A stretch of 64,000 bases of DNA from Nannocystis bainbridge (GTDB lineage Bacteria; Myxococcota_A; Polyangia; Nannocystales; Nannocystaceae): NCBI RefSeq assembly GCF_028368995.1, contig NZ_JAQNDL010000003.1, positions 1,536,001 to 1,600,000 of the forward strand, given 5' to 3'. The notes under the pieces were generated by a model. The model did not search any database. It was given only the letters and a program-made list of their open reading frames with translations, and had not been told where the DNA came from. Every line of letters begins with the position of its first letter. Position 1 is the first letter of the stretch. Positions 21,953 to 35,850 of this stretch are shown here, in pieces. The translations under genes were made by a program, and so were the position numbers.

Positions 21953-21967
21953 ATACCGTTTCGGTAT
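21953..21967. promoter_or_regulatory. LysR-type T-N11-A palindromic box
   Basis: ATACCG-TTT-CGGTAT about 40 bp upstream of map, between map and the divergent LysR-HTH gene. Confidence 0.6.
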
Positions 21968-22225
21968 GACGCGCCGCGAAAGCCCGGCAACGGCGACCCT
22001 TTCGCCTCGCCGGCCCCGGCGGTGTTCGTGATCGGATCGCCGACGCGCTCGCGGCCACGCGCGCCAGCATCTCGGCCGCGCCTGACACCCTCGCTCGTCC
22101 TCCGCCGACGCCATGCCCCGAGTCCGGGCGACCCGAATGGCAACCCCTGCCTCTGCCACCGGCGCGCAGTCTCCGGCGCTGACCCGGGCTTGCCTGGCGC
22201 CGGCGCTCGCGCGTAGCCTGGGCCC

Positions 22226-22549
22226 GTGAGCCTGACCCAGATCAGCTACTTCGTCGCCGTCGCCGAGGAGCAGCACGTCGGTCGCGCGGCGCAGCGGCTG
22301 CACGTCTCGCAGCCGCCCGTGACCCGGCAGATCCACCAGCTCGAGGACGAACTCGGCACTCGCCTGTTCGACCGCACCCCTCGCGGCGTCCGCCTCCTGC
22401 CCGCCGGCGAGCGCTTCCTCGCCCACGCCCGGGCGATCCTCGCCCAGGTCGACGCTGCCCGCCGGGCCGTCTCCGGACCTGCCTCGAACGACATGGACGA
22501 TGGGACATGTGCTTCGAGCCATGTCCCGAACGCTCTCGGCCGTGACTGA
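22226..22549 (+). CDS. LysR-family HTH-only protein (no effector domain)
   Basis: YFVAVAEE..VGRAAQRLHVSQPPVTRQIHQLEDELG..LFDR; the ORF stops after the linker helix (107 aa). Confidence 0.8.
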   Translation: MSLTQISYFVAVAEEQHVGRAAQRLHVSQPPVTRQIHQLEDELGTRLFDRTPRGVRLLPAGERFLAHARAILAQVDAARRAVSGPASNDMDDGTCASSHVPNALGRD

Positions 22550-22566
22550 GAGCCGACGACGCGAAC

Positions 22567-22596
22567 AGCGCCGCCGCCCGTGAGGGCAGCGGCGCT
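22567..22596. terminator. Hairpin between convergent genes
   Basis: AGCGCCGCCGCCC-GTGA-GGGCAGCGGCGCT: 13-bp stem with one mismatch and a GNRA loop. Confidence 0.55.
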
Positions 22597-22625
22597 CCGC
22601 GTTCCCGGCCTGCTTGAAGCTCGGC

Positions 22626-23396
22626 TCACTCGCCGCGCGGGCCCTTGTCGCCGTAGTCACCGCGCGGGCCGTGGCCCCGGTCGCCGTGGTCGCCGCGCGG
22701 GCCGTGGCCCCGGTCGCCGTGGTGGGCTTGCTTGAACGCCACCAGCTCCTCGCGGGACAGCTTGCCGTCGCTGTTGCTGTCGGCCTCGGCGAACTTCTCG
22801 GCCAGCTTCGGGTGCTGGGCCACCTCGTCGGCGGACAGCGCGTTGTCGCTGTTCGCGTCGAGCTTCGCCATCATCATCGCCGCGCGCTCGGCCGGGTCCT
22901 TGTGCGACCCGTCGCCGTGCTTGCCGCGGCCCTTGAGCGCCTTCAGCTCCTCGCGGGTCAGCTTGCCGTCGCTGTCCGCGTCGGCCTCGGCGAACTTGTG
23001 CGCCAGCGGCCCCTCGGTCACCTCCTCGCGGGACAGCGCGCCGTCGCTGTTGGCGTCGAACTTGGCCAGCAGCTTGATCGCCCGCTCCTCCGGGTCCTTC
23101 GGCCCGCCGTGACCACCGCGGCGGCCCTTCATCGCCTTCAGCTCCTCGCCGCTCAGCTTGCCGTCGCCGTCGACGTCGAGCTCGGCGAACTTGGCCTCGA
23201 AGCGGTGACCCTTGGCCTCTTCGCGGGAGATCGAGCCATCGCCGTCGGCGTCGAACTTGGCCATGAACCCGCCCTTGTGGTGCCCGCCCTCGACCTCCGC
23301 GAGCTCCTGCTCGGTCGGCTCCGCGGTCTCCTCCTTGTCGCAGGCGACGAACATGAGGGAAAGGGACAGGAAGGCGGCCTTGGTGATGCGTGTCAT
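22626..23396 (-). CDS. Multi-EF-hand lipoprotein
   Basis: Lipobox FVAC; six DxDxDGxxSxxE-type loops; C-terminal GDRGHGPRGD repeats. Confidence 0.9.
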   Translation of the reverse strand: MTRITKAAFLSLSLMFVACDKEETAEPTEQELAEVEGGHHKGGFMAKFDADGDGSISREEAKGHRFEAKFAELDVDGDGKLSGEELKAMKGRRGGHGGPKDPEERAIKLLAKFDANSDGALSREEVTEGPLAHKFAEADADSDGKLTREELKALKGRGKHGDGSHKDPAERAAMMMAKLDANSDNALSADEVAQHPKLAEKFAEADSNSDGKLSREELVAFKQAHHGDRGHGPRGDHGDRGHGPRGDYGDKGPRGE

Positions 23397-23798
23397 GGTG
23401 TGTCTCCTCGAAACCGGTGGCGGCCATCGCCGCGCAGGTCATGTCCCCGGCTCGCATCCTGATATTGGTCGCCCCCGGGCTCCTTGCACGCCGGATTACC
23501 GTCGCTTTACAGAGGCCCCCGCCCGCCCCGGTCGCACGAGCCGCCAGACCCCCCTGCGCGGGCTTCGGAGGCCGTTGCGCGGCTTCGCTCCGAGCCCCCG
23601 GTTACGTCCCGCCAACAATCTTTCGGGGCACCTCCGCGCAGACACGACCTCGACTTCGTAACACGCACGCCGCCAGCAGCTCGCGCGCACGATCCCCACG
23701 TCCCACCGCGCGAAGTGGCCTCGAGCCTCGCGCATCTCGCTACCCCTGCCGGCGCGGCGGCCGGGACTCGCAGCGAGTCCCAGCAAAAGCCTCGAGGT

Positions 23799-24341
23799 TC
23801 AGGGACCGCAGCCGGTGTCCGCAAAGATGTCGCACTCGACGACGATGATGCCGTCCTCCGCCAGGTGGAAGCCATTCGTTCCGCCGTCGAAGCACACGTT
23901 CGCCGCGCACTTCTCGACCGTCGTCGTCGGGCACTGCGCCGGCGCGGCGAAGCATACCATGCACGTCGGGTCGTCCGTCTCGACGCACTCGGTCGACCCG
24001 CACGCCGGGATGTCCGAGTCGAACCAGCGGCAGAACTGCCCCGCCCGGCACGTCCCGCACGGGTTCACGCCGCCGGGCTCGGGCGGCTCGGTATCCGAGA
24101 CGGTCCCGGGCTCGCTCGTGCTGCCCGAGCTCGTGTCGGTCGTCGAGGTCGAAGTCGTGCTCGTGCTCGTCGTCGCGGTGGACGTCGAGGTCGGCTGGTC
24201 GGTCTCCGACGACCCGGACGACTCGGTCGCTCCCGTCGGGTCCGTCGCCGTCGCATCCGAATCCGTCTCCTTCGATTTGTCGTGACAGCCGAGCAGTAAG
24301 AGCCCGAACAACAAGCAAGGCAAGCGGTGCAAATAAAGCAT
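23799..24341 (-). CDS. Cys-rich hypothetical lipoprotein
   Basis: Lipobox LLGC, Thr/Ser linker and a Cys-rich C-terminal domain. Confidence 0.7.
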   Translation of the reverse strand: MLYLHRLPCLLFGLLLLGCHDKSKETDSDATATDPTGATESSGSSETDQPTSTSTATTSTSTTSTSTTDTSSGSTSEPGTVSDTEPPEPGGVNPCGTCRAGQFCRWFDSDIPACGSTECVETDDPTCMVCFAAPAQCPTTTVEKCAANVCFDGGTNGFHLAEDGIIVVECDIFADTGCGP

Positions 24342-25106
24342 GCACCCAGCTTACCACCGCCGCGGCGGCTCGAAAAGCTCCTGCGTGCCCCGGCCCGGTG
24401 CCCGCCGAGCCGGCCGCGCGTGCTCCCGCTCGGCTCGTCTCTCCTCCCGGGCGACCATGGGAACCCCGCCGATGCGCCCTCGGTCTCGCGCTCACGCCGA
24501 TGCTCCTGTACTCCCCCGCGCACCGACGCCGGCCATCTCACGCGATTGTCCATTCCCTACACAACTCATAGACATGTCTCAAAGGACATATCATCATTGC
24601 TTCAATCACGCGAGCAACCCAGCCGCGCCACGAAGCCCGCCCTCCGGCCAGCTCTCGGCTCGACCTCACGGCCCCGCGGCTCGACGAAGACGGCAGCGTG
24701 CACGGACCGGAAGCCCGTCGTCCGTAGCCCGATCTCCCAGGCCGCCGAGCATCCCGTCGTCATGGTTTCTGAGTCGCTCGTCGTCCGCCAGCTGCACCCC
24801 GGGGCGCGTCTTCATCCGGCCGAGCCAAAACACACGCCGAGCAGGCGAGCGTGGCGCTCGTGCCGACGCCGTTCGCGCGCACGCGGTCGTCCGCCGTTTC
24901 GACGCCATCTTCGCGCTGCGGCGGGCGCGTCGCCGTCACGTCACCTGCCTCAACCTCGCGTTTGCCGCTCTCCTCGCTCACGACCTCGCACCACCCCTTC
25001 ATCGGTCGACCGCGTTCGCAAGGGCTTCCTCTGGTAAAAGCACGCACCGAGCCCGGGCTCCGCATGCTCGTCCGTCCGGGCCTCGCCTTGCTCTCGACAG
25101 GTGCCC

Positions 25107-25865
25107 ATGTCCTTCCCAGCGCGGGTCATCCGCTACATCACCTCGATCCTCGTCTGGACTCTCGGGTTTGCATGGATGACCGTGACCATCCTCTTCCTCG
25201 TGGTCTTCGGGCTGGTCCGCGGCGGAGGTCCCGAGCTCAACCGCAGGGCAGCGCAGTGGATGTCGCACGTCACCCGCCTCGCGTACCCGCGCTTTCGCGT
25301 GATCTACGACCCTGATTTCGACCCGACGCGGCCGAGCGTGTTCTGTCAGAACCACGTCAACTTCATGGACGCCCACGTCGCCTGTCGCGTGATCCCGGGG
25401 CCGTTCTGCGGGTTGATGCTCGCCTCGCACTTCAAGATCCCCGCGTACGGCTGGATCATGCGGATCACCAGCGGGATCCCCGTGCCCTCCGCCAAGGGCG
25501 GACGCACGACCGCGCTCATGCTCGCCGCTCGCGATCGCATCGCTCGCGGGATCTCCATCCTCGTGTTTCCGGAGGCCCACCGGACCCTCGATGGCCACCT
25601 CCAGCCGTTCAAGCAAGGCGTCTTCTTCATGGCCCGCGACGCCGGCGCCCCGGTGGTCCCGATCGCCGTCCATGGCGCCTACGAGGTCAATCACAAGGGC
25701 ACCTGGCTGTTCAGGCGCGGGCCCGTGACCGTGTGGGTCGGGCCCCAGGTCGAGACCGAGGGCCTCGACGACGAAGCCCTCGCCGTCGTGATCGAGGAGA
25801 TGCGGGCGGACATCCACGAGTTCGTCGAGACCGGCTTCGTCCGCGAGCGACCCGCGGCGGCGTGA
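25107..25865 (+). CDS. Lysophospholipid acyltransferase (PlsC family)
   Basis: NHxxxxD (NHVNFMD), FPEAHRT and PVVPIAV. Confidence 0.9.
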   Translation: MSFPARVIRYITSILVWTLGFAWMTVTILFLVVFGLVRGGGPELNRRAAQWMSHVTRLAYPRFRVIYDPDFDPTRPSVFCQNHVNFMDAHVACRVIPGPFCGLMLASHFKIPAYGWIMRITSGIPVPSAKGGRTTALMLAARDRIARGISILVFPEAHRTLDGHLQPFKQGVFFMARDAGAPVVPIAVHGAYEVNHKGTWLFRRGPVTVWVGPQVETEGLDDEALAVVIEEMRADIHEFVETGFVRERPAAA

Positions 25866-25905
25866 CGGCGGCCCTGCCGCTCGCGGAGCTCCCGCGCAAT
25901 CCACC

Positions 25906-25927
25906 GACATGTCCTCGCGGACATGTC
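25906..25927. repeat. GACATGTC-N6-GACATGTC doublet
   Basis: Two exact octamers at 25906 and 25920, between convergent genes. Confidence 0.9.
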
Positions 25928-25928
25928 C

Positions 25929-26816
25929 TCATGCATGCGGCGTCGCGGGCAGCACCAGCCCGCGCTCGCGCGCCAGCCGATCGGACAGCTCCCAGGTGCG
26001 CCGCGCCAGCTCGGCCTCGAGACATAGCGGCGTCGGCTCGAAGCGCCCGGGGTCGAAGCAGATCGCCCCGTTCGCCGGTCGGGCATCCGCCATCGTCAGC
26101 AGCCGCACCACGTTGGCCGCCGAGCGCTCCGTCGAGGCCCCGAACAGGCGATACAGCGCGCGGATGAACCACGGCCACTCGCGCGCCGTGTCGGTGCGGG
26201 TCATGCCGACGCAGGCGATGCTCGCGGTGACCGGCAGGTCGCGCCAGCGCTGCGCTGCCGCTTGCACGTGCAGGTAGCCCAGCACCTGCGACGACATCAG
26301 CGCCGCCAGCAGCCGCCAGCGGCGGCGCTCGAACTGCAGATCGTCGAGGTCGGGCACCAGCCCTGCCGGCGCCTTCGCCCCCACGTGCACGACGCGCCCG
26401 TCGCCCGAGCGGGCCAGCTGCGCCAGCGCTCCGCGGTTGAGCGCGTAGCGGGCCAGGTACTGCAAGGCGAACGCGCGCTCGAACCCGTCGGCCGTGTCGA
26501 CCCGCCGCATCGACGCCGTCATCGCCGTGTGCACCAGCCCGTGCAGCGCCGGTCGCCACCCCGCGATCGTCTCGATCGCCCGGCCCACTCCCGCCATCGT
26601 CGTGAGGTCGGCCGCGCGGTACTCCGCCACCGCAGCCCCCGCCGCGCGTACCGTCGCCGCCGCTCGCTCCCCGCGCTCGCCGTCGCGCCCGAGCAGCAAG
26701 ATCGCCGCGCCCCGGCGGGCCATCGCCGTGGCCGCCGTCAGCCCGATCCCCGCCGTCCCGCCGCTGAACACGAAGTTGAGGCCACGGACCCGTCGCTCGT
26801 CTTTCATCACGTCCAT
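25929..26816 (-). CDS. Short-chain dehydrogenase/reductase (atypical)
   Basis: SGGTAGIG Rossmann motif and TADGFERAFA; the canonical YxxxK is not evident. Confidence 0.8.
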   Translation of the reverse strand: MDVMKDERRVRGLNFVFSGGTAGIGLTAATAMARRGAAILLLGRDGERGERAAATVRAAGAAVAEYRAADLTTMAGVGRAIETIAGWRPALHGLVHTAMTASMRRVDTADGFERAFALQYLARYALNRGALAQLARSGDGRVVHVGAKAPAGLVPDLDDLQFERRRWRLLAALMSSQVLGYLHVQAAAQRWRDLPVTASIACVGMTRTDTAREWPWFIRALYRLFGASTERSAANVVRLLTMADARPANGAICFDPGRFEPTPLCLEAELARRTWELSDRLARERGLVLPATPHA

Positions 26817-26833
26817 CACATTTTCAAAAATAT

Positions 26834-26845
26834 AAGCAATTGCTT
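26834..26845. promoter_or_regulatory. Palindromic operator between the divergent SDR and TetR genes
   Basis: Perfect palindrome AAGCAATTGCTT in an AT-rich ~60-bp gap. Confidence 0.6.
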
Positions 26846-26878
26846 GCCTCGTCAGCTTGCGTTCGCTAGCCCTCTCCG

Positions 26879-27520
26879 GTGGCCGTCAAGCGTCGCATCG
26901 AGCCCCGTCGCCGCCCCGTTCAGGACCGTTCGCAGGCCACCGTCGCCGCCGTCCTCCAAGCTGCAGCTTATATTTTGGTGCGCGAAGGCTACGCCCGCCT
27001 CACGACCAACCGGATCGCCGAGCGCGCCGGGGTCAACATCGCCTCGCTCTACCAGTTCTTCCCCAACAAGGAGGCCATCGTCGTCGAGCTCGAGCGGCGC
27101 CACGGCGAGCGCACCGACGCGGCGATGAAGGCCGCGCTCGCTCGCCCGCGCGGCGGCGATCTCGAGTCGACCCTGCGCGCGCTGGTCGAGGCCTACGTCG
27201 CCGCGCAGACGATCGAGCCGGCCCTGCAGCGGGCCTTCACCGAGGAGGTGCCGCGGCTCCGCGGCCGCCGCTCGGCCACCGGCGGCGAGCGCTGCGGCGC
27301 CGACGTCACCCAGCTCCTGGCCGCGTTCGGCGTCCGCTCGCAGCGGCTCGAGCTGGCCGGCTGGATGCTGGCGACGATCTGCCGCGAGGTCGTCTACCAC
27401 GGCGTGCTCGAGCGCGGCGCCGACACCCGCTCCGGCGCCCTCGTCGACGAGTTGGTCGGCATGCTCGCCGGGTGGCTGCGCGACGGCCGGGACGAAGCCC
27501 CGGGACGACCCAAAGCGTGA
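26879..27520 (+). CDS. TetR/AcrR family regulator
   Basis: PVQDRSQATV...LTTNRIAERAGVNIASLYQFFPNKEAI. Confidence 0.95.
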   Translation: MAVKRRIEPRRRPVQDRSQATVAAVLQAAAYILVREGYARLTTNRIAERAGVNIASLYQFFPNKEAIVVELERRHGERTDAAMKAALARPRGGDLESTLRALVEAYVAAQTIEPALQRAFTEEVPRLRGRRSATGGERCGADVTQLLAAFGVRSQRLELAGWMLATICREVVYHGVLERGADTRSGALVDELVGMLAGWLRDGRDEAPGRPKA

Positions 27521-27553
27521 CCTCGGGCGGACTGTCCCGCGACGCGCCTCGCT

Positions 27554-32342
<4,789 letters not shown>

Positions 32343-32346
<4 letters not shown>

Positions 32347-32696
32347 GGCTTCGCCTCGCCGGCGGGCGGCGGTCGGACGATCTTCAGCTCGGGGTTGCAG
32401 AGCCGGCACTGCGACTCGGGGAGGTCGTGCTCGACGCACCAGTCGTTGCTGGCCTTGAACGCGGCGATCAGGGCGGGATTGCAGCGAGTGCACAACGACT
32501 CGGGGACCTCGTGCTCGCCGCACCAGTCCTCGTGAGAACCAGGCTTCACGCCGGCAGCCGCGTGCTCGGGGCCTGACGCCGGAGCCGGGGCGGCAGGTCG
32601 GGCCTTCTGCTCCGCGTCCTGCTTCGGCGAATCACAACCAGACGCGAACAGGACGATGAGGGACAGGAAGACGGAGCGAGCCAATGTGTGGACCAT
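32343..32696 (-). CDS. Small lipoprotein with two Cys/His metal-binding repeats
   Basis: Lipobox ASGC; DWCGEHEVPESLCTRCNP and DWCVEHDLPESQCRLCNP. Confidence 0.85.
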
Positions 32697-32820
32697 GAAC
32701 GAACCCTCAGGGGCGCTGTGTGCGAGTTGCTGGGAGGTGGATGCGGCCGATCGCCTGCGAGCGACGACGCCACGACGAGGGACTCCAAGGGACGAGGCGC
32801 GGCATGGGGTACGTGGGTGG

Positions 32821-33438
32821 TCAGCCGCTCGCGCGCGACTGTCGCTGCTCGCGGCGCGCCTGGGCGAGGACCTGGACGGCGCTGACGAGCGCGAGCCCGG
32901 AGATCAGGACGGCGACCAGCAGGTCGGGCCAGCGCGAGCCGAAGGCGAGCACGCCACCGGCCGCCAGCAACACCGCGAGGTTGCCGAGCGCATCGTTGCG
33001 CGTGCACAGCCACACCGAGCGCATGTTGCTGTCGCCGTCGCGATAACGGTACAAAAGCACCGCGACGGCGAGGTTGGCGATCAGCGCGACGACGCCGGTC
33101 GCGCCCATCACCTCGGCGTGCGGCAGCTCGCCGCCGGCGAGGCTGAGCACCGCGCGCCCGAGCACCCACAGGCCGAACAGGCCCATCGTCACGCCCTTCA
33201 CGGTGGCGACGCGGGCTCGCACGCCCAGCGCCCGCGAGGCGGCCCACAGGCTCAGGGCGTAGTTGCCGGCGTCGCCGAGGAAATCGAGCGCGTCCGCCTG
33301 CAGCGACAGCGAGCCCGCGAACAGCCCCGCGACCACCTCGACCACGAACATGCCACCGTTGACGGCCAGCGCGATCCACAGCGCCCGGCTGTAGCCAGGC
33401 GCGACCTGAATCGGCGTTCCGCAGCACTTTGCGCTCAT
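32821..33438 (-). CDS. Short CDF-family cation transporter
   Basis: N-terminal CC, SLQADALDFLGD, NMRSVWLCTRND and WPDL. Confidence 0.92.
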   Translation of the reverse strand: MSAKCCGTPIQVAPGYSRALWIALAVNGGMFVVEVVAGLFAGSLSLQADALDFLGDAGNYALSLWAASRALGVRARVATVKGVTMGLFGLWVLGRAVLSLAGGELPHAEVMGATGVVALIANLAVAVLLYRYRDGDSNMRSVWLCTRNDALGNLAVLLAAGGVLAFGSRWPDLLVAVLISGLALVSAVQVLAQARREQRQSRASG

Positions 33439-33461
33439 ACCGGTCCTCCGGGGTGACGGTC

Positions 33462-33492
33462 AACGTAGACCCTGTAGCGACTACAGGGTCAA
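33462..33492 (-). promoter_or_regulatory. MerR-family (CadR/PbrR-type) metal-responsive promoter/operator
   Basis: On the minus strand TTGACC, 19 bp, TACGTT. The dyad GACCCTGTAG-CGA-CTACAGGGTC (33468-33490) spans the spacer. Confidence 0.88.
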
Positions 33493-33756
33493 GCGAGGCC
33501 CGTCGGCGGACACGTGCGAGTCCCCGCACGTGTGGGTCTCGGGGAGCGCGAAGGTGCCGTCAGAGCGCCCCCAGCACGGTTCAGCCCCGGCGCCTCGAGC
33601 GCCCACACGAGGCCGCGCGCCGACGTGATCGGCCTCATCGCTCGCCGTGGTCCTCGCGCACTCCGGCTGCTCCGACCCGAACCATCGCGGCCGCCCGCGA
33701 GGCGTGACTCTCACTCGTGGCGCTCGCGCTGCGAGGCCTCGCAGACGCGACGCTCG

Positions 33757-34218
33757 CTACAGCCGCTCGATCTCGTGGGCGCGGGCGTCGACCTCGAGCG
33801 GCGCATCGCGGTACCCGACGGTGGCGATCTGCTGCAAGTAGCTCCCGAGGAACGCCGCGATCGAGCCCGCCTGCTCATATTGATGGACGTGCCGGCATTC
33901 GTGCGACAGCAGCCGGGTGGAGACGGGGCGCTTGCGGACATAGATGCCATGGCCCAGGGTCAGGCCGATCGTCTCGGGACCCAGCATGCCGAGGCTCACT
34001 GCTGCCTGGCGGAGCTCGGGATCCTCCGGGAGCGGGATGCGGGCGACCACGGCGATCCGCACCCGCTCCGGCTCTCGGACCCCGACCGAGCGGGCGACCG
34101 CTTGCATCTTCGCGTCGAGCGCCAGCCCGTTGCGCAAGATCTCCGCCTCGCGGGCCTCGGCCCAGCGCACTACCGCGGGCCCGAGCGAGGCGAGGCGAGA
34201 CAGCAGATCGCTGCGCAT
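33757..34218 (-). CDS. HExxH zincin-like protein (DUF4157-like)
   Basis: GLTLGHGIY, LLSHECRHVHQYE and PLEVDAR. Confidence 0.75.
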   Translation of the reverse strand: MRSDLLSRLASLGPAVVRWAEAREAEILRNGLALDAKMQAVARSVGVREPERVRIAVVARIPLPEDPELRQAAVSLGMLGPETIGLTLGHGIYVRKRPVSTRLLSHECRHVHQYEQAGSIAAFLGSYLQQIATVGYRDAPLEVDARAHEIERL

Positions 34219-34405
34219 GCCTGCGAGCATACGACGCCATCCAGGCGAGCACCAGCCGCTCCCTCCGCGAGAGCGACGCCATCGCCGGCGATTCTTCCTG
34301 CTCGCCGCGCCCGACCAGCTCGCGCCTGCGGCAGCCCGACCTCGCGGACAGATCGTGCAAACCCCGACCGCCTCGCCTCGGTGGTCGTCGCCGCGAACTC
34401 GACGA

Positions 34406-35665
34406 TCACCTCTTGCGCTTCGCGGCCCCGAGTCGCTTCGCCTTCAGCCCTCGCTGCTTGAACCATCCGCCGGCCTCGAGCGCGCTCACGGCCGCGGGCG
34501 GCGCGATCAGCAGCGTCACCGTCTGATCGCCGGTGCCGAGCACATACAGCGGCGCGACCCCGGCGACGAGGGCGACCGCGCGGAACAGCAGCGCGACGTC
34601 GACCCAATCGTCGACCTCCGCGAGCGGCGACTCGAGCGTGTGCTGCTCCCCTGCCGTGAATACCAGCCGCCAGCCGCGGCCCTCGACGAAACAATCCTCG
34701 TCGATCGAGATCGTCCGCCCCAACCTGCCTGCGATCGCCGTCAGCAGGGCACCGTGCTCGCGGTGCGGCGCGAACCCGGTCTCGGCGTCGAACTGCAGCA
34801 GCCAGCCGCGACGCTCGAACGGAAACCATGCCGGCCGCCCGTCCAGCGCCGCCTCGTCGATCGCCGTCGGGGTCGCGAACCCGGCCTCCACCAGCGTCGC
34901 CTCGAGCGCTGCCGCGGTCGGGTCGCGCTCGCGCAGCTCGATCCGCTCCTGGCGGCGCCGCGCCTGCTCGGCCGCCGCGACCTCGGGCAAACCATTGCGC
35001 GCCCTCGCCAGCGCCTCCGAGGCCCCGTCGATCTGCGCCAGCTCGTCGACGATCGCACGCACCCACGCGACCGTCTGCGGCTCTCCGGGCCGCATGTCGC
35101 TGACCAGCGTGGCCAGGTCTGCTGCCAGCGCCGCGTAGACGACCCGCCGCCCCCGATCGGCCCCGGCGAACGCTCGCACGCGGGCGAGCTCTTCGCCCAG
35201 CGCATCGAACTCTCGATACGCCGTGATCGCCATCGACTCGCCGTAATTGCGAATCACCGCGCCCGCGAACTCCGGCCCGAACCGCTCGGCGAGCCGCTCC
35301 GAGCGCGCCAGCAATTCCATCCGACCCGCGCGCGACAGCTTGGCCAGCACCATGCGCACCGCCATCGTCCACGCCACCCCGATCCGCGGCTCCGGGTGAC
35401 GCACCGCGACCTCCTCGAGGTCGTTCACGACGCTCTCCAGATCGGCGAACTGCGCCTCCGCGGCGAGCGCCACCAGCAAATGCTTGCCGGCGCGCAGCGC
35501 CTCGAACGCGAGGTTCGGCGCCGACCGGCCGCCGAGCTCGCCGCGGATCTCCGCATAGTTGCGCAGCGCCGCCGCGATGCGCGAGGAGGAGAGACTGGCT
35601 TCGCCGAGCGCGAGCATCGGCGCGACTCTACGCGAGGTCGCGGGCAGGTCGTGGGGGGCGAGCAT
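34406..35665 (-). CDS. Hypothetical protein
   Basis: Long ORF with protein-like composition, in contrast to the Arg/Pro-rich alternative frames. No family recognised; start uncertain. Confidence 0.65.
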   Translation of the reverse strand: MLAPHDLPATSRRVAPMLALGEASLSSSRIAAALRNYAEIRGELGGRSAPNLAFEALRAGKHLLVALAAEAQFADLESVVNDLEEVAVRHPEPRIGVAWTMAVRMVLAKLSRAGRMELLARSERLAERFGPEFAGAVIRNYGESMAITAYREFDALGEELARVRAFAGADRGRRVVYAALAADLATLVSDMRPGEPQTVAWVRAIVDELAQIDGASEALARARNGLPEVAAAEQARRRQERIELRERDPTAAALEATLVEAGFATPTAIDEAALDGRPAWFPFERRGWLLQFDAETGFAPHREHGALLTAIAGRLGRTISIDEDCFVEGRGWRLVFTAGEQHTLESPLAEVDDWVDVALLFRAVALVAGVAPLYVLGTGDQTVTLLIAPPAAVSALEAGGWFKQRGLKAKRLGAAKRKR

Positions 35666-35850
35666 GAGGACGTCGTACCTCCGAAGTTGCCGGCGTGGCC
35701 CCGGACCTTCACCTCGCCCGCAGACGCCTGCGCACCCGGGCGCCGCCTCGCGACCCCGACGGACCGGCCGCCTCGGCGCGTGAGCCTGCCGCTACCGCGC
35801 TCGGCTTCGCCATCTCCCGGGTCTGGCCCGCCCGCGATATCCTGGCCGCC

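Noticed and set aside
23390-23445. Additional weak motif-like units (also near 10633, 25096 and 56970)
   Set aside because: Too degenerate or lacking an in-phase partner; not counted.
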